This document shows, piece by piece, positions 1 to 13,900 of a stretch of DNA of 64,000 nt. Position numbers and translations under genes: made by a program. The stretch's first letter is position 1. Each line of letters opens with the position of its first letter. This stretch comes from Veleropilina oligotropha (taxonomy: Eukaryota). The stretch is taken from NCBI GenBank assembly GCA_048128005.1, contig JBEUKZ010000131.1:248001-312000 (forward strand), in the 5' to 3' direction. The notes beneath the pieces are model-generated. The model was not told the origin of the DNA, searched no databases, and saw only the letters and a list, made by a program, of their open reading frames with translations.

Positions 1-3000
1 GATGTAAGAACGGAATTTGATCAAATACCACGTGACCATGAAGAAATTGAACAAATTGATATTGGAGAAGAAATGGAAACACCTATTGGACCACTTGAAA
101 TGCAAGTTGAATACAAATCTACGTTGACTATTTCCACACCAGAAATTACAAAAATAACAGAATCTCTTGAATCAGAAATTATACCCGAAGATGTGAAGGA
201 AGATTCGTATGTTGAACCAGAAGATGATTCTTTGGAATACGATTCCGATGAACCAGAAGTTGAGTCACAATATAAAACCGAAATATCACAGAATACTCCT
301 GACACATCTGATGAAATTACAATCGAAGCCATCCCTCAATTTGACACTTACAAGGAAAGCTTAACCGTCGATATTGACGAAACGCCCGAAGACGATGAGA
401 TCACAATGCAAATATTGATACCAGATGATACGGGTAGGGATAACGATGTTTTGGTCACAACGATAAAGCAAATTGTTGATGTTGACCTCGAAGATATAAC
501 AGAGAAGAAATTGTTCAAAGAAGGCATTATAATTGAGCCTAAAGTTGAAGATTTAACAGCTGATATTTCTGAACAGGAAATATTCCAAGAAGATCTGATC
601 ATTGAACCTAAAATTGCAGAAGAGATTGATGATCAAACGATTGAAATATCTTTCAAGATGTCAAAAACTGAAACTGAAATCACTGATGTCGAAATACACA
701 GAGACTCTATATCAGTCCATCCAACAATTGATGTAAGAGCGGAATTTGATCAAATACCAAGTGACCATGAAGAACTTGAACAAGAGGATATTGGAGAAGA
801 ATTGGAAACACCGATTGGGCCAATTGAAACCCAAGTTGAATACAAATCTACGTTGACTATTTCCACACCAGAAGTAACAGAACCCATTGAACCAGAAATT
901 ATACCCGAAGATGAGAAGGAACATTCGTATGTTGAACCAGAAGACGATTCTTTGGAATACGCTTCCGATGAACCAGAAGTTGAGTCACAATATAAAACCG
1001 AAATATCACAGAATATTCCTGACACATCTGATGAAATTACAATCGAAGACATCCCTCAATTTGACACTTACAAGGAAAGCTTAACCGTCGATATTGACGA
1101 AACGCCCGAAGACGAGGAGATCACAATGCAAATATTGATACCAGATGATACGGGTAGGGATAACGATGTTTTGGTCACAACGATAAAGCAAATTGTTGAT
1201 GTTGACCTCGAAGATATAACAGAGAAGAAATTGTTCAAAGAAGGCATTATAATTGAGCCTAAAGTTGAAGATTTAACAGCTGATATTTCTGAACAGGAAA
1301 TATTCCAAGAAGATCTGATCATTGAACCTAAAATTGCAGAAGAGATTGATGATCAAACGATTGAAATATCTTTCAAGATGTCAAAAACTGAAACTGAAAT
1401 CACTGATGTCGAAATACACAGAGACTCTATATCAGTCCATCCAACAATTGATGTAAGAGCGGAATTTGATCAAATACCAAGTGACCATGAAGAACTTGAA
1501 CAAGAGGATATTGGAGAAGAATTGGAAACACCGATTGGGCCAATTGAAACCCAAGTTGAATACAAATCTACGTTGACTATTTCCACACCAGAAGTAACAG
1601 AACCCATTGAACCAGAAATTATACCCGAAGATGAGAAGGAAGATTCGTATGTTGAACCAGAAGACGATTCTTTGGAATACGATTCCGATGAACCAGAAGT
1701 TGAGTCACAATATAAAACCGAAATATCACAGAATATTCCTGACACATCTGATGAAATTACAATCGAAGACATCCCTCAATTTGACACTTACAAGGAAAGC
1801 TTAACCGTCGATATTGACGAAACGCGCGAAGACGAGGAGATCACAATGCAAATATTGATACCAGATGATACAGTTAGGGATAACGATGTTTTGGTCACAA
1901 CGATAAAGCAAATTGTTGATGTTGACCTCGAAGATATAACAGAGACGAAATTGTTCAAAGAAGGCATTATAATTGAGCCTAAAGTTGAAGATTTAACAGC
2001 TGATATTTCTGAACAGGAAATATTCCAAGAAGATCTGATCATTGAACCTAAAATTGCAGAAGAGATTGATGATCAAACGATTGAAATATCTTTCAAGATG
2101 TCAAAAACTGAAACTGAAATCACTGATGTCGAAATACACAGAGACTCTATATCAGTCCATCCAACAATTGATGTAAGAGCGGAATTTGATCAAATACCAA
2201 GTGACCATGAAGAACTTGAACAAGAGGATATTGGAAAAGAATTGGAAACACCGATTGGGCCAATTGAAACCCAAGTTGAATACAAATCTACGTTGACTAT
2301 TTCCACACCAGAAGTAACAGAACCCATTGAACCAGAAGTTAAACAGGAATATGAGAAGGAAGAATTGTATGTTGAACCAGAATACGAATCTTCGGAATAC
2401 CATTCAGATGAACCAGATGAGTCACAATATACAACCGAATTGTCGCAGAATATTCCTGATACATCGGATGTAGTTACAATCGAAGTCATCCCCCAATTTG
2501 ACACTTACAAGGAAAGCTTAACCGTCAATATTGATGAAACACCCGAAGACCAGGAGATCGCAATGCAAATATCGATACCAGATGATAAAGATACGGATAA
2601 CGATGTTGTTACCACAACAGTAAAGCAAACGGTTGATGTTAACCTCGAAGATATAACAGAGAAGAAATCATTCAAAGAAGGTATCACAATTGAGTTCCAA
2701 TCTGAAGATTTGCAAACTGATATTTCTGAACAGGAAATATTAAAGGAGGATCTGATCATTGAACCTAAAATTGCAGATGATATTGATGATCAAACGATTG
2801 AAATATCTTTCAAGGTGTCAAAAACTGAAACTGAAATCACCGATGTCCAAGTACACAGAGACACTGTATTAGTCCAACCAACGATTGATGTAAGGGCGGA
2901 ATATGATCAAATGCCAAATGACCAGGAAGAAAATGAAGAAGAGTATATTGGAGAAGAAATGGAAACACCGATTGGGCCACTTGAAACCCAAGTTGAATAC

Positions 3001-3330
3001 AAGTCTACGTTGACTATTTCGACACCAGAAGCGGTAGAAATAACAGAACCTGTTGAACCAGAAAGTAAGCCTGTTGAAGATGTTGAACCAGAATATGATG
3101 AGAACGAATCGTTTACTGAACCAGAAGACGAATCCGTGAAATATGATTCAGATGAACTGGAGGTCGAACCACAATATAAAACCGAAGTTTCAACAGGTAT
3201 ACCTGACACATCAGATGAAATTACAATAGAGGATATCCCTCAAATTGATACTATACAAGAAAACTTGACCTTGAATATTGATGAAACTCCCAAAGATCAG
3301 GAGATCAGTATGCTGGTGTCCATACCAGAT
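1..3330 (+). repeat. Coding tandem repeat, about 720-bp (240-aa) unit, about 4.5 copies
   Basis: gatgtaag..cggaa recurs at 1, 730, 1450, 2170 and 2887; the middle copies are nearly identical. Confidence 0.95.
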
Positions 3331-6300
3331 ACAGATATGCTTGAAGATGTAACAGAACAAGAATCTACTCTACCAGAAGCTGAGGATTTACCATTAACCA
3401 CTGGTATTTCTTCTGAGCTACTAATATCAACAGAAACAAGTGATGAAGAACTTGTAGACGAAGTAACGCAAATGGATATTCCATTGGTGCATGAAGTTGA
3501 AGAGACGCCACATCCTACTGAACCAGAACAGTTGCCCCAGGATACTAACCAGTCTCAGGTTGCAGAAGTTGTCCCACGTATGAAGAAAAAACGGGTTTCA
3601 TTTGCAGCTGAAATTCAACATGAGATTTGTGAGGATTTCCCTAGTCCAGTTGCCGAAATCAGAGAGCTAGACATACCATATGATCAACCTGAAGTCTTTG
3701 ATGATGAAGAAGTTGAAGCAGATTTGGAGAATTTAACTCCTATGCAAATTGCCGCTGCTGATGTAGAAATACCTCATCCTAAAGATGAAAAAGCCGGCAT
3801 TGAACTTCTGTTAGCAGATGACCAAGGAACAAGAGATTTTGAATTGGTTATTGGAATTCAAGCACAGGACTTAGATATTCCTGTTGTGGAGAAAGTTGAG
3901 ACTTCTGTGGAACCCACTCAAGTTAATATGCCAACTCCAGCAGAGATCGTACTGGATGAAGACTTGTCCGATGAAGTCCAAGATATTAAAGACGAGGAAA
4001 CAATGATACCAGTCGTTCCAGAAGACGATGTCATGTTGGATAAAGCAAAATCCAGTGATACAACTGTTGTCTCTGAAGTCGCCATTTCAAAGCCGACAAT
4101 CGAAGAAACCGTTGACTTGGTGATAATGGAAGAGGAAAAACCAGAAACGACTGTGCCAGTATCTGACTCTTTTTCAACTGAAATTGGCGTGCCGGATCTG
4201 TCAGAGACCATACCGGAATTCATTGAAACTATTGAGACCACCGAGATTTTATCCGATGAAACCATTGACGAAGGACCGCAAGAAGCTGACTCTGAACCCG
4301 TTACACCGCTGGTAGATGAAGCTCCCGTGTCTCTTGTGGATGAAGACATTGTATCTACTGAAGATATTTCTGAAATTACAAGTGCCGATGAAATAATACC
4401 TGATGTGCTTGAACATGTCGACACTAAAGACACAGTTCATATAGACTTTACAGCTGCTACTGAAATAAGTGATGATACTCTAATCACAGACGAAGTGTGC
4501 GACATTGTTCCAGAAGACACATCGCAAATTGCCATTGAGAAAGTCCCTGCTGAAGAAAGTGTTAATGTTGATGTTGTTACGCAGTCAGCACTTGTGTCTG
4601 ATTACGATATTCCAGATATGAAAGAAGTATCTGAAATATCGATCGAAAGTGCCGACACGGCACAATTTTACCAAGGCCAGGAAGAGACCATCAGTACTGT
4701 CGAAACATTGGCACAGACGACGAAGGTTAGCGAGGACGACATGCAAATAGAGGAAGCTTCAGACTTACTACCTGTTGGAGAGATAATACCGCAAGGAATT
4801 GTATCTGAAGAGGAGAAAACCCAAAGTGACTTCGAAATGCCAACACTAGCTAACGTTATCGAAGAGATACAAGCAGATCAGTCTGTATTAGAATTGGCAG
4901 ACGAAGATGCCCTGAAATCTGATATAGAAGACATTCATATTGATGACGATCGACTAACAACTACTGAAACAACTACATCTGAAATTACTGAAGAGGTTCT
5001 AGTTATGGATGATATATTTGAATATGGAATTGCTGACAAATTACCCATGGATGAAGATAGGGTTGAAACTAATTTGCCAACTTCATCTGTAGTTCATACT
5101 GAAATTAGTGCAGACGAAGAAACAACTGGCTTAATATCAGAGGAATCATTAACTCTCAAGATGGATGATGTCATTGACGAAAAAGAAGTATGTGATGTCG
5201 AAGTGGCAACAGTTTCGGAAGTCATTTCTATGGCAGACATTGTTGGTTTGGAAATTGAGTTCGCAGAAGATGAATTACCAACTCCGACATCAGATGAAGC
5301 AGCTGTCGTCATCACTGATGAGATGATGCCTGATCAAGATTTGATTGAAACCAAAGCGACCACTCTCGCTGATGCAGATACAGAATCCATTCCCTTGGAA
5401 ATAGTGTCGGGTATACCTGAAAAAGAAGACGTTGCTATTTTGAGCATTGAGCATGTAAGCATGTCCGATCAAGATCAAATTGAAACTAAGGAAACTACAT
5501 TCACTGATGATGATATAGAAACTGTTCCTGTCGAAACTGTCTCTGGTCTAACTCAAACTGAGGAAGTCTCTATCTTGAGTGTTGATGACCAGGGCATATC
5601 TGGAGACCAACTAGTTCAGACAGAAGCCACCACAATCATTGATGCAGAGACTGAAACCATTCCCATGGAAACTGTGTTTGGTATACCACAAAAAGATGAA
5701 GTTGGTGTTTTGAGAATAGAAGACTTAAGCATGCCTGATCAAGAAGTAACCACAACTAAGGAGACAACACTCACTGACACAGATACGGAAATCGTGGTTG
5801 TGGAAAGCGTGGCTGGTATATCACAAGAAGCCGAAGTTTCTATTTTGGATATTGAAAACTTGAACATACCTGATCAAGAAGTAATAGCAGACGAAGAGAC
5901 CACTCTCACTGAAGCGGATACAGAAATCATTCCCATGGAAGTCGTATCTGGTATCCCCGAAAAAGACGAAGTTGGTGTTTTGATAATAGAAGACTTAAGT
6001 ATGCCTGATCAAGAAGTGATCACAACAAAGGAGACCACACTCACGGACACAGATACGGAAACCGTGCCTGTGGAAAGCGTGATTGGTATATCACATGAAG
6101 CCGAAGTTTCTATTTTGGGTGTTGAAAACTTGAACATAAGTGATCAAGAAGTAATTGCAAATGGGGAGACCACTCTCACTGAAGCAGATACCGACACCAT
6201 TCCTGTTGAAGTTGTATCTGGTATCCCCGAAAAAGACGAAGTTGGTGTTTTGAGAATAGAAGACCTAAGCATGCCTGATCATGAAGTAATTTTAACTAAG

Positions 6301-7972
6301 GAAACCACACTCACCGAAGCGGATACGGAAACTATTCCTGTGGAAACTGTTTCCGGTATAGATCAAGCTGACCAAATCACTATCTTGAGCATTGATGGCC
6401 AGGGTATGTCTGACCAAGATCTAATTCAGACAGAAGTCACAACACTAATTGATGCTGATACAGAGACCTTTCCCCTGGAAACTGTGTTTGGTCTGCCTCA
6501 AGCAAACGAAGTTGCTGTCTTGCGAATTGAAGACACTGGCGTGCCTGACAGAGAACAAATTGAGAGAGAAGTGACTGCCTACACAGATAGTGACACAGAG
6601 TTGGTTTGCCTTGAAGCTGCATCAGATCTACCACAAGAAGATGTCATTTCACAAAGTTCTGATGACATTGGTCTGCATGAAAAAATACCTGTTGTGGGTT
6701 CGATTGTTCAGTCAAATGTGGATGAAGAAACAGAGTCAAGTGAAGAGGTCTCGAGCATTCAATCAGAGGAAGTCATGGCAGCCGATATGTTGGAATTGCC
6801 AGTATCTGGCAAAGCTGTCGATGTCACACCAGAAATAAAATCTACTATTGTTCCTGACGAAGAATCAGAAGAGGAGATTTTGGATGAAAATGTCCAAGCT
6901 GAGCCTGACGCCCCTGTCATTGAAGAGATTCAAGCTGGTATCGATGTGATTACGGAAAAAGAACCCCAAGAAATAATCGATGTAAGCGTTGATGAAGATG
7001 TAGAGGAAATATCTGAAGAGATTATTGATGAAGAGAAAATGACTGAAACCATTGATGTTGCTGTGACTCCAGCAGTGGCTGAGGATAATAAGGTGGAAGA
7101 TATTTCTGAAATTGCTGTTGAAGGTGTGTTTAATGAAGAAAATGTAGAAGAAATCTTGGATATAATTGTTCCAGAAACAATCGGTGAACAAGAAGTGGAA
7201 ACGATTATTGATGTGCCTGTTGAAGAGGACATTGATGAAAAGATTGAGGAAATTATTGATGTAGCGGCTGACATTGTTGAAGAACAGGAAATAGGTGTTG
7301 TTACTGCAATAATGACAGAAGTTCCAAAAGAAGAAGAACTTGTTGAAGGCATTGTCGAATCTGAAGAACCCGAAATTCTTGTTGAAGAAGATATATCAGT
7401 TGACATCGGCCTGCATCCAGATGAAAATCTGGATATCAAAATGGATATTGTTACTGATGTTGAAATACCTGAAGAAGTAAAGCCTGTTGTCTCTGAGTTC
7501 ATGATTCCGGAAGAGGAGGAAAAACCTGTTGTTGAAGAAGTTGAATCGCCGGTCACTACAGCAATAAAAGAAGATATAACTATCCAAGCCGATGTGGTAT
7601 CCGATGTGGATGTGCTAGTACCAGTAACAATGCCAGATAAGGAACGCACTTCAGCCGACTTTACTATAGGTGATAAAGCCACTACGGTCACTGGTGTCGA
7701 AGCTCAGTATGAAATAACTGCTGTGGTTCAACCCGACGTGGACATTGTTGTTGAAACCAAACTTGACATAGCGAAAACTATGACAGAAAAGGACATTACA
7801 CTGCGACAAACTGACATGTTGCCTGTTACTGATGACATGTTAGAACGCATAACCGACATTGACGGTGTGACCCCTCAGCTTGGCCATGTATTCGTGGAGC
7901 CAACTCGGAAACTATCAACGCCCGAGGTCATGACTGAGCAGGATAAGGTCCTGGTAGCAGAAGACGATGGAG
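1..7972 (+). CDS. Giant acidic exon (>=2,657 codons, E/D/I/V/T/P-rich, repeats); 5' end outside window
   Basis: Frame open from base 1. Donor GGAG|GTACTT at 7972/7973 (phase 1) fits the next exon. The ORF tail to 8178 changes composition abruptly. Confidence 0.85.
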
Positions 7973-10900
7973 GTACTTTGGCTTGTCTATCGATGATATG
8001 GCTGCCAATAATCGCGTCTGTGCTCGGAATACAGTTCCACTCACAGCATGATGCATGGTGTGGTTTCTCTCCATTATTGTTGCCTTTTCAGATTATTTTT
8101 CAACATTTATGTTTAAATAGCGAATTATTTCAATATGTATTTCTTGTAACTCGAATAATGATCTTTCTTCATTCATAAAATTATTAATAATTTAAAGTAT
8201 CTTTTTTCCAGATTTTTTTTGTTTAAAATCTATGATCATTGCAAATATCATGACTTTTCGGGCATATTTTGTGAAAATACATTTCCAAATGAAAATATAA
8301 ATATAGTAGTTATGATATCAAGTGTGCATTTGCATGACATGGATTCTGCCGCCGTAAAGTCCTTTGCTATGAAATAAATTACCTGATCATTTAACACTAA
8401 ATCTAATATGTTGATGTTCGTCTGAAAATTGATGCACCTTAAATAAGATACAGTGGTGCTCAACTATTTAAGAAACTTCATTGTTAACATTTATATGTGT
8501 ATATAGATATAATTGTTTGTCACTCTTTCTGTCAAAGATTTACACCAGTAACGTATTACATCTCGGCATAAGAAATGGTAATTCTATTATATACTTGTTT
8601 AATGTTGCAAAGGACTTTATTCAACAATTGAAATTGATTCCATTTAATGAGTACATTGATGATAAGACAGTGAAGCGTTCTACTAATCCACACTATTCAG
8701 AATGGTTCCAAACCAAGATTTTCTGTTCAAATAGTGCTGAACAGTGTATATTGGTTTTTCTGAATGTAACAAAATGGTCAACTATTTGCTTCTGTAAATA
8801 GGCATGAATTATTGCTATTATAAATTGGTGACCATTTCGTTCAATTTAAAATTGCACAACTTGTTATGGTGATTCTAGTTTTGAAAATTAATTTGTGGGC
8901 TACTACCTGAATTGTACCAAGAGTTTGCTGAATGTAGCATTCCTTGAAATAATGACAGATATTCTGTCTTTTGAATATCTGATCCTATGGCCCACACATT
9001 AATTAAATAACTAGATACACCATCATGTTGTACACAAATTACATTCACCTATTTACTTGCAGATCTTTTTATGTCAAACCCAATAGTCAGATTTTTCTCT
9101 ATACATGTAAACATCTTCATCTTTACGGCTATTACTTGGGTTTGTTTAAAGAGATCGCTTAGGTATTTGAAAGATCTACTAATTAAAACCTTTTTCGTAA
9201 GCAGATACTATAGGAGGAGTTGAAGCGGATGCTTACGCTTATTAGCTGCCTTTAATGCAATGTTGCATTAACAAATCTGCATGTGCATCATGGTGACAAC
9301 TTTATTCATAATGTTAATTTCTCCTATGTACACTTTAAGGATATGACCAGCCAAAACAAGAGGAAGAGCAACCCATATCGACCTCTGTTACTGAACTTCA
9401 CACTATACATGAAGAAATATCATTCGATATCTCCACCAAAGAAGATGTACCTTCAGTTTCCATGGAAGAATATTTGTCAGAAAAGGAGAAATTGGTCACA
9501 GCTGGTGAGTCTTTTGCCAGATTATGGTCATTTTAACTTATGTTATAGGATAAGAACCACTGTTGTATATCATTAGAATATTGGCCCTGTTTAATAAGTA
9601 CAATTGTGAGCAGGATGATCAGCTTCAATAGACATTAAATCAGGTAATCACAAGCGTAATATATCACTACATTGCCTTATGTTTTCTCTTTCTATTTTTT
9701 CTGATTTAAATATATATTACTATTTTATATCAGAAGAAGAGAAAGAAGACGTTTCCGATGAGGACTTGAAAGTTGAAGTTATTCCGACAGAAACCACGGA
9801 GGAACCAAAGATAGAAGAGCTTCCACTGGAGGTCACTGAAGAGGTCAAGGTCGAGGAGGTCCCATCAGAGGAAGCACCGACCGGTATGTATTCTCAACAA
9901 AAGATTGTCCTTGTGGTCAGATTAGTTTTATATGAAATGAAATGTGACTTGTTTAGTTTAATTGTTGTTACCATTGCATCCGAAGGATAGAGGGTATTGA
10001 AATTGTTTGTATATATGTCTGTACATTTCATTGTTATCTGACCATATATAAATAATATTGAACATAATTGTGCCGTCACAAACGAAGTTTGGTGGGGGGA
10101 GCATATATGAGTCTGTCTGTTGGTCTGTTCCAAATTCCCTTCCGCTCTATATGTATGATAATATTTTATCTAGGGACACGAAACTAGATGTGTCATAACC
10201 CAAAGGTGTGTCGCCTACCGAAAGTAGGTAACTGCAACCTACTTTTCGCGCTTGATCGCACTTTGTCCAAAATTCCCTTCCGCTCCATATCTCGCATACT
10301 ATTTGACCGAGGGACACGAAACTTGATGTGTGCATACATCTTAACCCAAATGTGTGTCGCATGTAAAAAGTTGGTCACCACGACCTACTTTTCACGCTTA
10401 CATGCGTTTGGTCCAAAATTCCTTTCCACTCCATATCTCCATTGCTATTTGACCTAGGGACACGAAACTTGATGTGTGGATGCATCATAACCCAAAGGTG
10501 TGTCGCGTACCAAAAGTATGTCACTGTGACCTACATTCCACGCTTGACCCCATTCGGTCCAAAATTCCCTTCCGCTGCATATCTCGCATACTATTTGACC
10601 GAGGGACATGAATTTTGATGTGTGCATGCTTCATATCCCAAAGTTGTGTCAGGTACCAAAATTAGTTCACTGCGACAGCCTGTTCCTGGGTCCAGTGCTT
10701 TTTTGGGGGCATATGATCACTTCTGGTCATAGTTTAATTCAAATATTACCGTAAAATGCTGCTTTTTCTCAAGCATGCTATATATGCAATAATAGGCTTA
10801 CTTTGGCATCTTCCTTTGTCAGATATCACTATTTTGTCAGATATCACTATTTCATTGTCATCTAACCCTAGAGTAGAAATATTGAAAGCAATTTAATTGA

Positions 10901-13900
10901 AATTCTGAATATATAATTATATAAATAGCCATTTTGGACTTTGCTTTTTATACAACTTTTTATATTCTGTATATGTCTATTTCAAATTGACAATGTCATC
11001 TACTACTGAATGTAGACACGATACTCATGAAATATAAGTGATTGATGCGCAGTTCCACGCATGCGAGCCATTTCGAGCTTTAGCTCTTGTTATTATATGT
11101 GGATGTATCCATGGATTGGTCCTCCTCGAAGATGATCCGGATCCAGATTTTATAACACAATTGTCGGTTTATGGATTTTCGCTCCAGCTCTCAAACACTT
11201 CATCATACAAATTTCTAATTAAAGTGTCCAGTTTATGATTTGACTGTTTGGTTTATTGTAAAGTCACTATTATTTTCTAAGCGCTATGCCAAATGGAAAT
11301 GATTTTAAGCATGGAGAAGAATTTTATTTTGTTTTAATACTCCCATGCATTACATTTAAGTACATATTTGACTTTTTATGAAAGAGCAGCTTAATATTAA
11401 AATGTTTGCATGACACTCCTCGGATTTGTAATCATGAGAACATCTAATAAGATCTGATAAACAAACAGCTAACAGTTTCTTCTGTATATGCTAATTGTCT
11501 GTATGATTTAGACATTTTGTGGATGATGCTAATCCAATTAATTCTGGATACGAAACACAACCAAGATTTTATGGCATTGGTAGTTATATATTTTTGGCAT
11601 TTTCAGTTGATGAACGCAAAGCTCCAGAAGTTATTCAACCAATGAAGGATGTCGCAGGAATCGATGGTGAAGTTACTCGATTTGAATGTCAAATTATCGG
11701 TAACCCATGCCCGACCATCACCTGGTACAGGGAGGACATTGTCATCGTGCCGTCCGGGGAGTTCAAGATGACGTACTCTGAAGACGACAATGTATGTACA
11801 CTGGTCATCCAAGATGTCTTCCCCGATGATGCTGGACAGTACACTGCTGTCGCTAAAAATGAAGTGGGCACAGCATCGACATCGGCTCACCTAACGGTGG
11901 CAGGTGAGATACACATAAATAAATTGTGATATTTGTTATCCTTGCCTGTTAACTTCTATTTTGTGGCATAATTGAATATGCTAAGTGGGGGTTTGCAATC
12001 TCCTCTGATTGCCATTGTTATGCCCCGGGACGGTAGTCCCGAAGGGCATATTGCTTTCACTGCGTCTGTATGTCCGTACGTACGTACGTACGTACGTCCA
12101 CACGTACGTCCGCAGATTTGGTTAAAGTTTTTGGTTAAAGTTTTTCTTATATTTATTGGAGGAATATCAATACCAAACCTTTTCATATGGATAATACATA
12201 TCATAATCCTTCATTTAAGACCCGAATTTAATAAAAATAATTTTAATTTATAGTGTAAAATGATGCATTTGGACATAGATTTTTTCATGAAAAAAGGGAT
12301 TCGGTTAAAGTTTTTGGTTAAAGTTATTCTTACATTTATTTGAAAGATATCAATACCAAACCTTTTCATATGCATAATACACATCATTATCCTTCATGTA
12401 AGACCCATATTTAAAAAAAAATATTTTATTTTATTTTGTAAAATGACGTATTTGAACATAATTTTTTTAGGAAAAATGAGATTCGGTTAAAGTTTTTAGT
12501 TGAAGGTTTTCTTACATTTAATGGATGGATATCAATACCAAACCGTTTCATATGGATAATACATATCATAATCATTCATTTAAGATCCAAATTTAATAAA
12601 AATAATTTTAATTTATATTGTAAAATGATGCATTTGAACATAGACTTTTTCATGAAAAAAGGGATTCGGTTAAAGTTTTTGGTTAAAGTTTTTCTTACAT
12701 TTATTGGAGGGTTATCAGTACCAAACCTTTTCATATGGATAATACACATCATAATCCTTCATTCAAGAAACAAATTTCAAAAAATATATTTTAATTTATA
12801 TTGTAAAATGACGTATTTGTACATAGAATATTTTAGGAAAAAAGAGATTCTGTTAAAGTTTTTAGTTGAAGGTTTTCTTACATTTAATTGATGGATAGTA
12901 ATAGTACGACATAGATAAAACTAAAAAATTTGCAACTAATCTTCTTTATATTTATTTCAGTACAGAATGATTATTTATGTTCAAACTGTGATACGTTTCA
13001 CATATTAACATCATGTATGTCTATGACACCAAATTTCAAGTGACAAAATATACTAGCTCATTTGTGTCGAAGTATTAAGTGCGTGAGATTGCATGTGCAT
13101 ATGATGATTTGTGTGTGAAGATTTGTATCCATACCAGGGCATCATCCATGTTCCGAGGAACATACTTTTCTAGTTCTATTTGTTATTTATTTGTTGTATT
13201 CAAACAAATACAAGATGTAAACATTGTGGTTTGCAAATTTAGTGAATTATTTGATCAATGATATAAGATTTATTAATATTTGAACTGATTATTTATATAT
13301 TTAGCACCTGAGAAGCCCATCACTGAAGCTATTTCTAAGGAATCACTTGAAGAGGAAGAAGGAATAGCACCATCTTTTGTTCAGAAACCAAAATTCCAAA
13401 CTGTCGATGAAGGAACAGATGTGATCTTTGAAAGCAGCCTTATTTCCAACCCTGAACCAGAGGTTTGTCGATGGTTTTGAAATAGTTCATCAGATGAATC
13501 AACCTTAAAGAAAAATCTTTACAAAAAGTCATTTAACCGATAAAAGAATGCTTATAATTAATTTGTGTCTGATGATTTACAGAGTTAATTATATTCATTT
13601 GCTCAAATTCAACTGGCATCACATATAATTTTATATAGAACCATTTATATGTAACTTCATTGAACCTACAAAAATATAGCCTCACTACAAAGAAAATTCT
13701 TTGCATAATCATTGCTCAATTTACTGATTGCAGAGTTGATAGATAAAACAACCGTTCATATTAGTAAGATAGAAGAGATGTGCTGGTTGGGCGTTTTGTT
13801 TTTTCTGGCTGAGATGTCTGCCGACACAAACTCTAGTATAGGAGAACAGACATGAATAATAAGATAAAGCACATATTAACTCCCTTTCTGAAGGTTAGAC

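Noticed and set aside
7973..8178. Hydrophobic C-terminal tail of the 2,701-aa ORF (possible membrane anchor) and the ORF as a stand-alone gene
   Set aside because: A phase-compatible donor at 7972 joins the next exon, the tail has intron-like composition, and the frame is already open upstream of the listed Met at 73.
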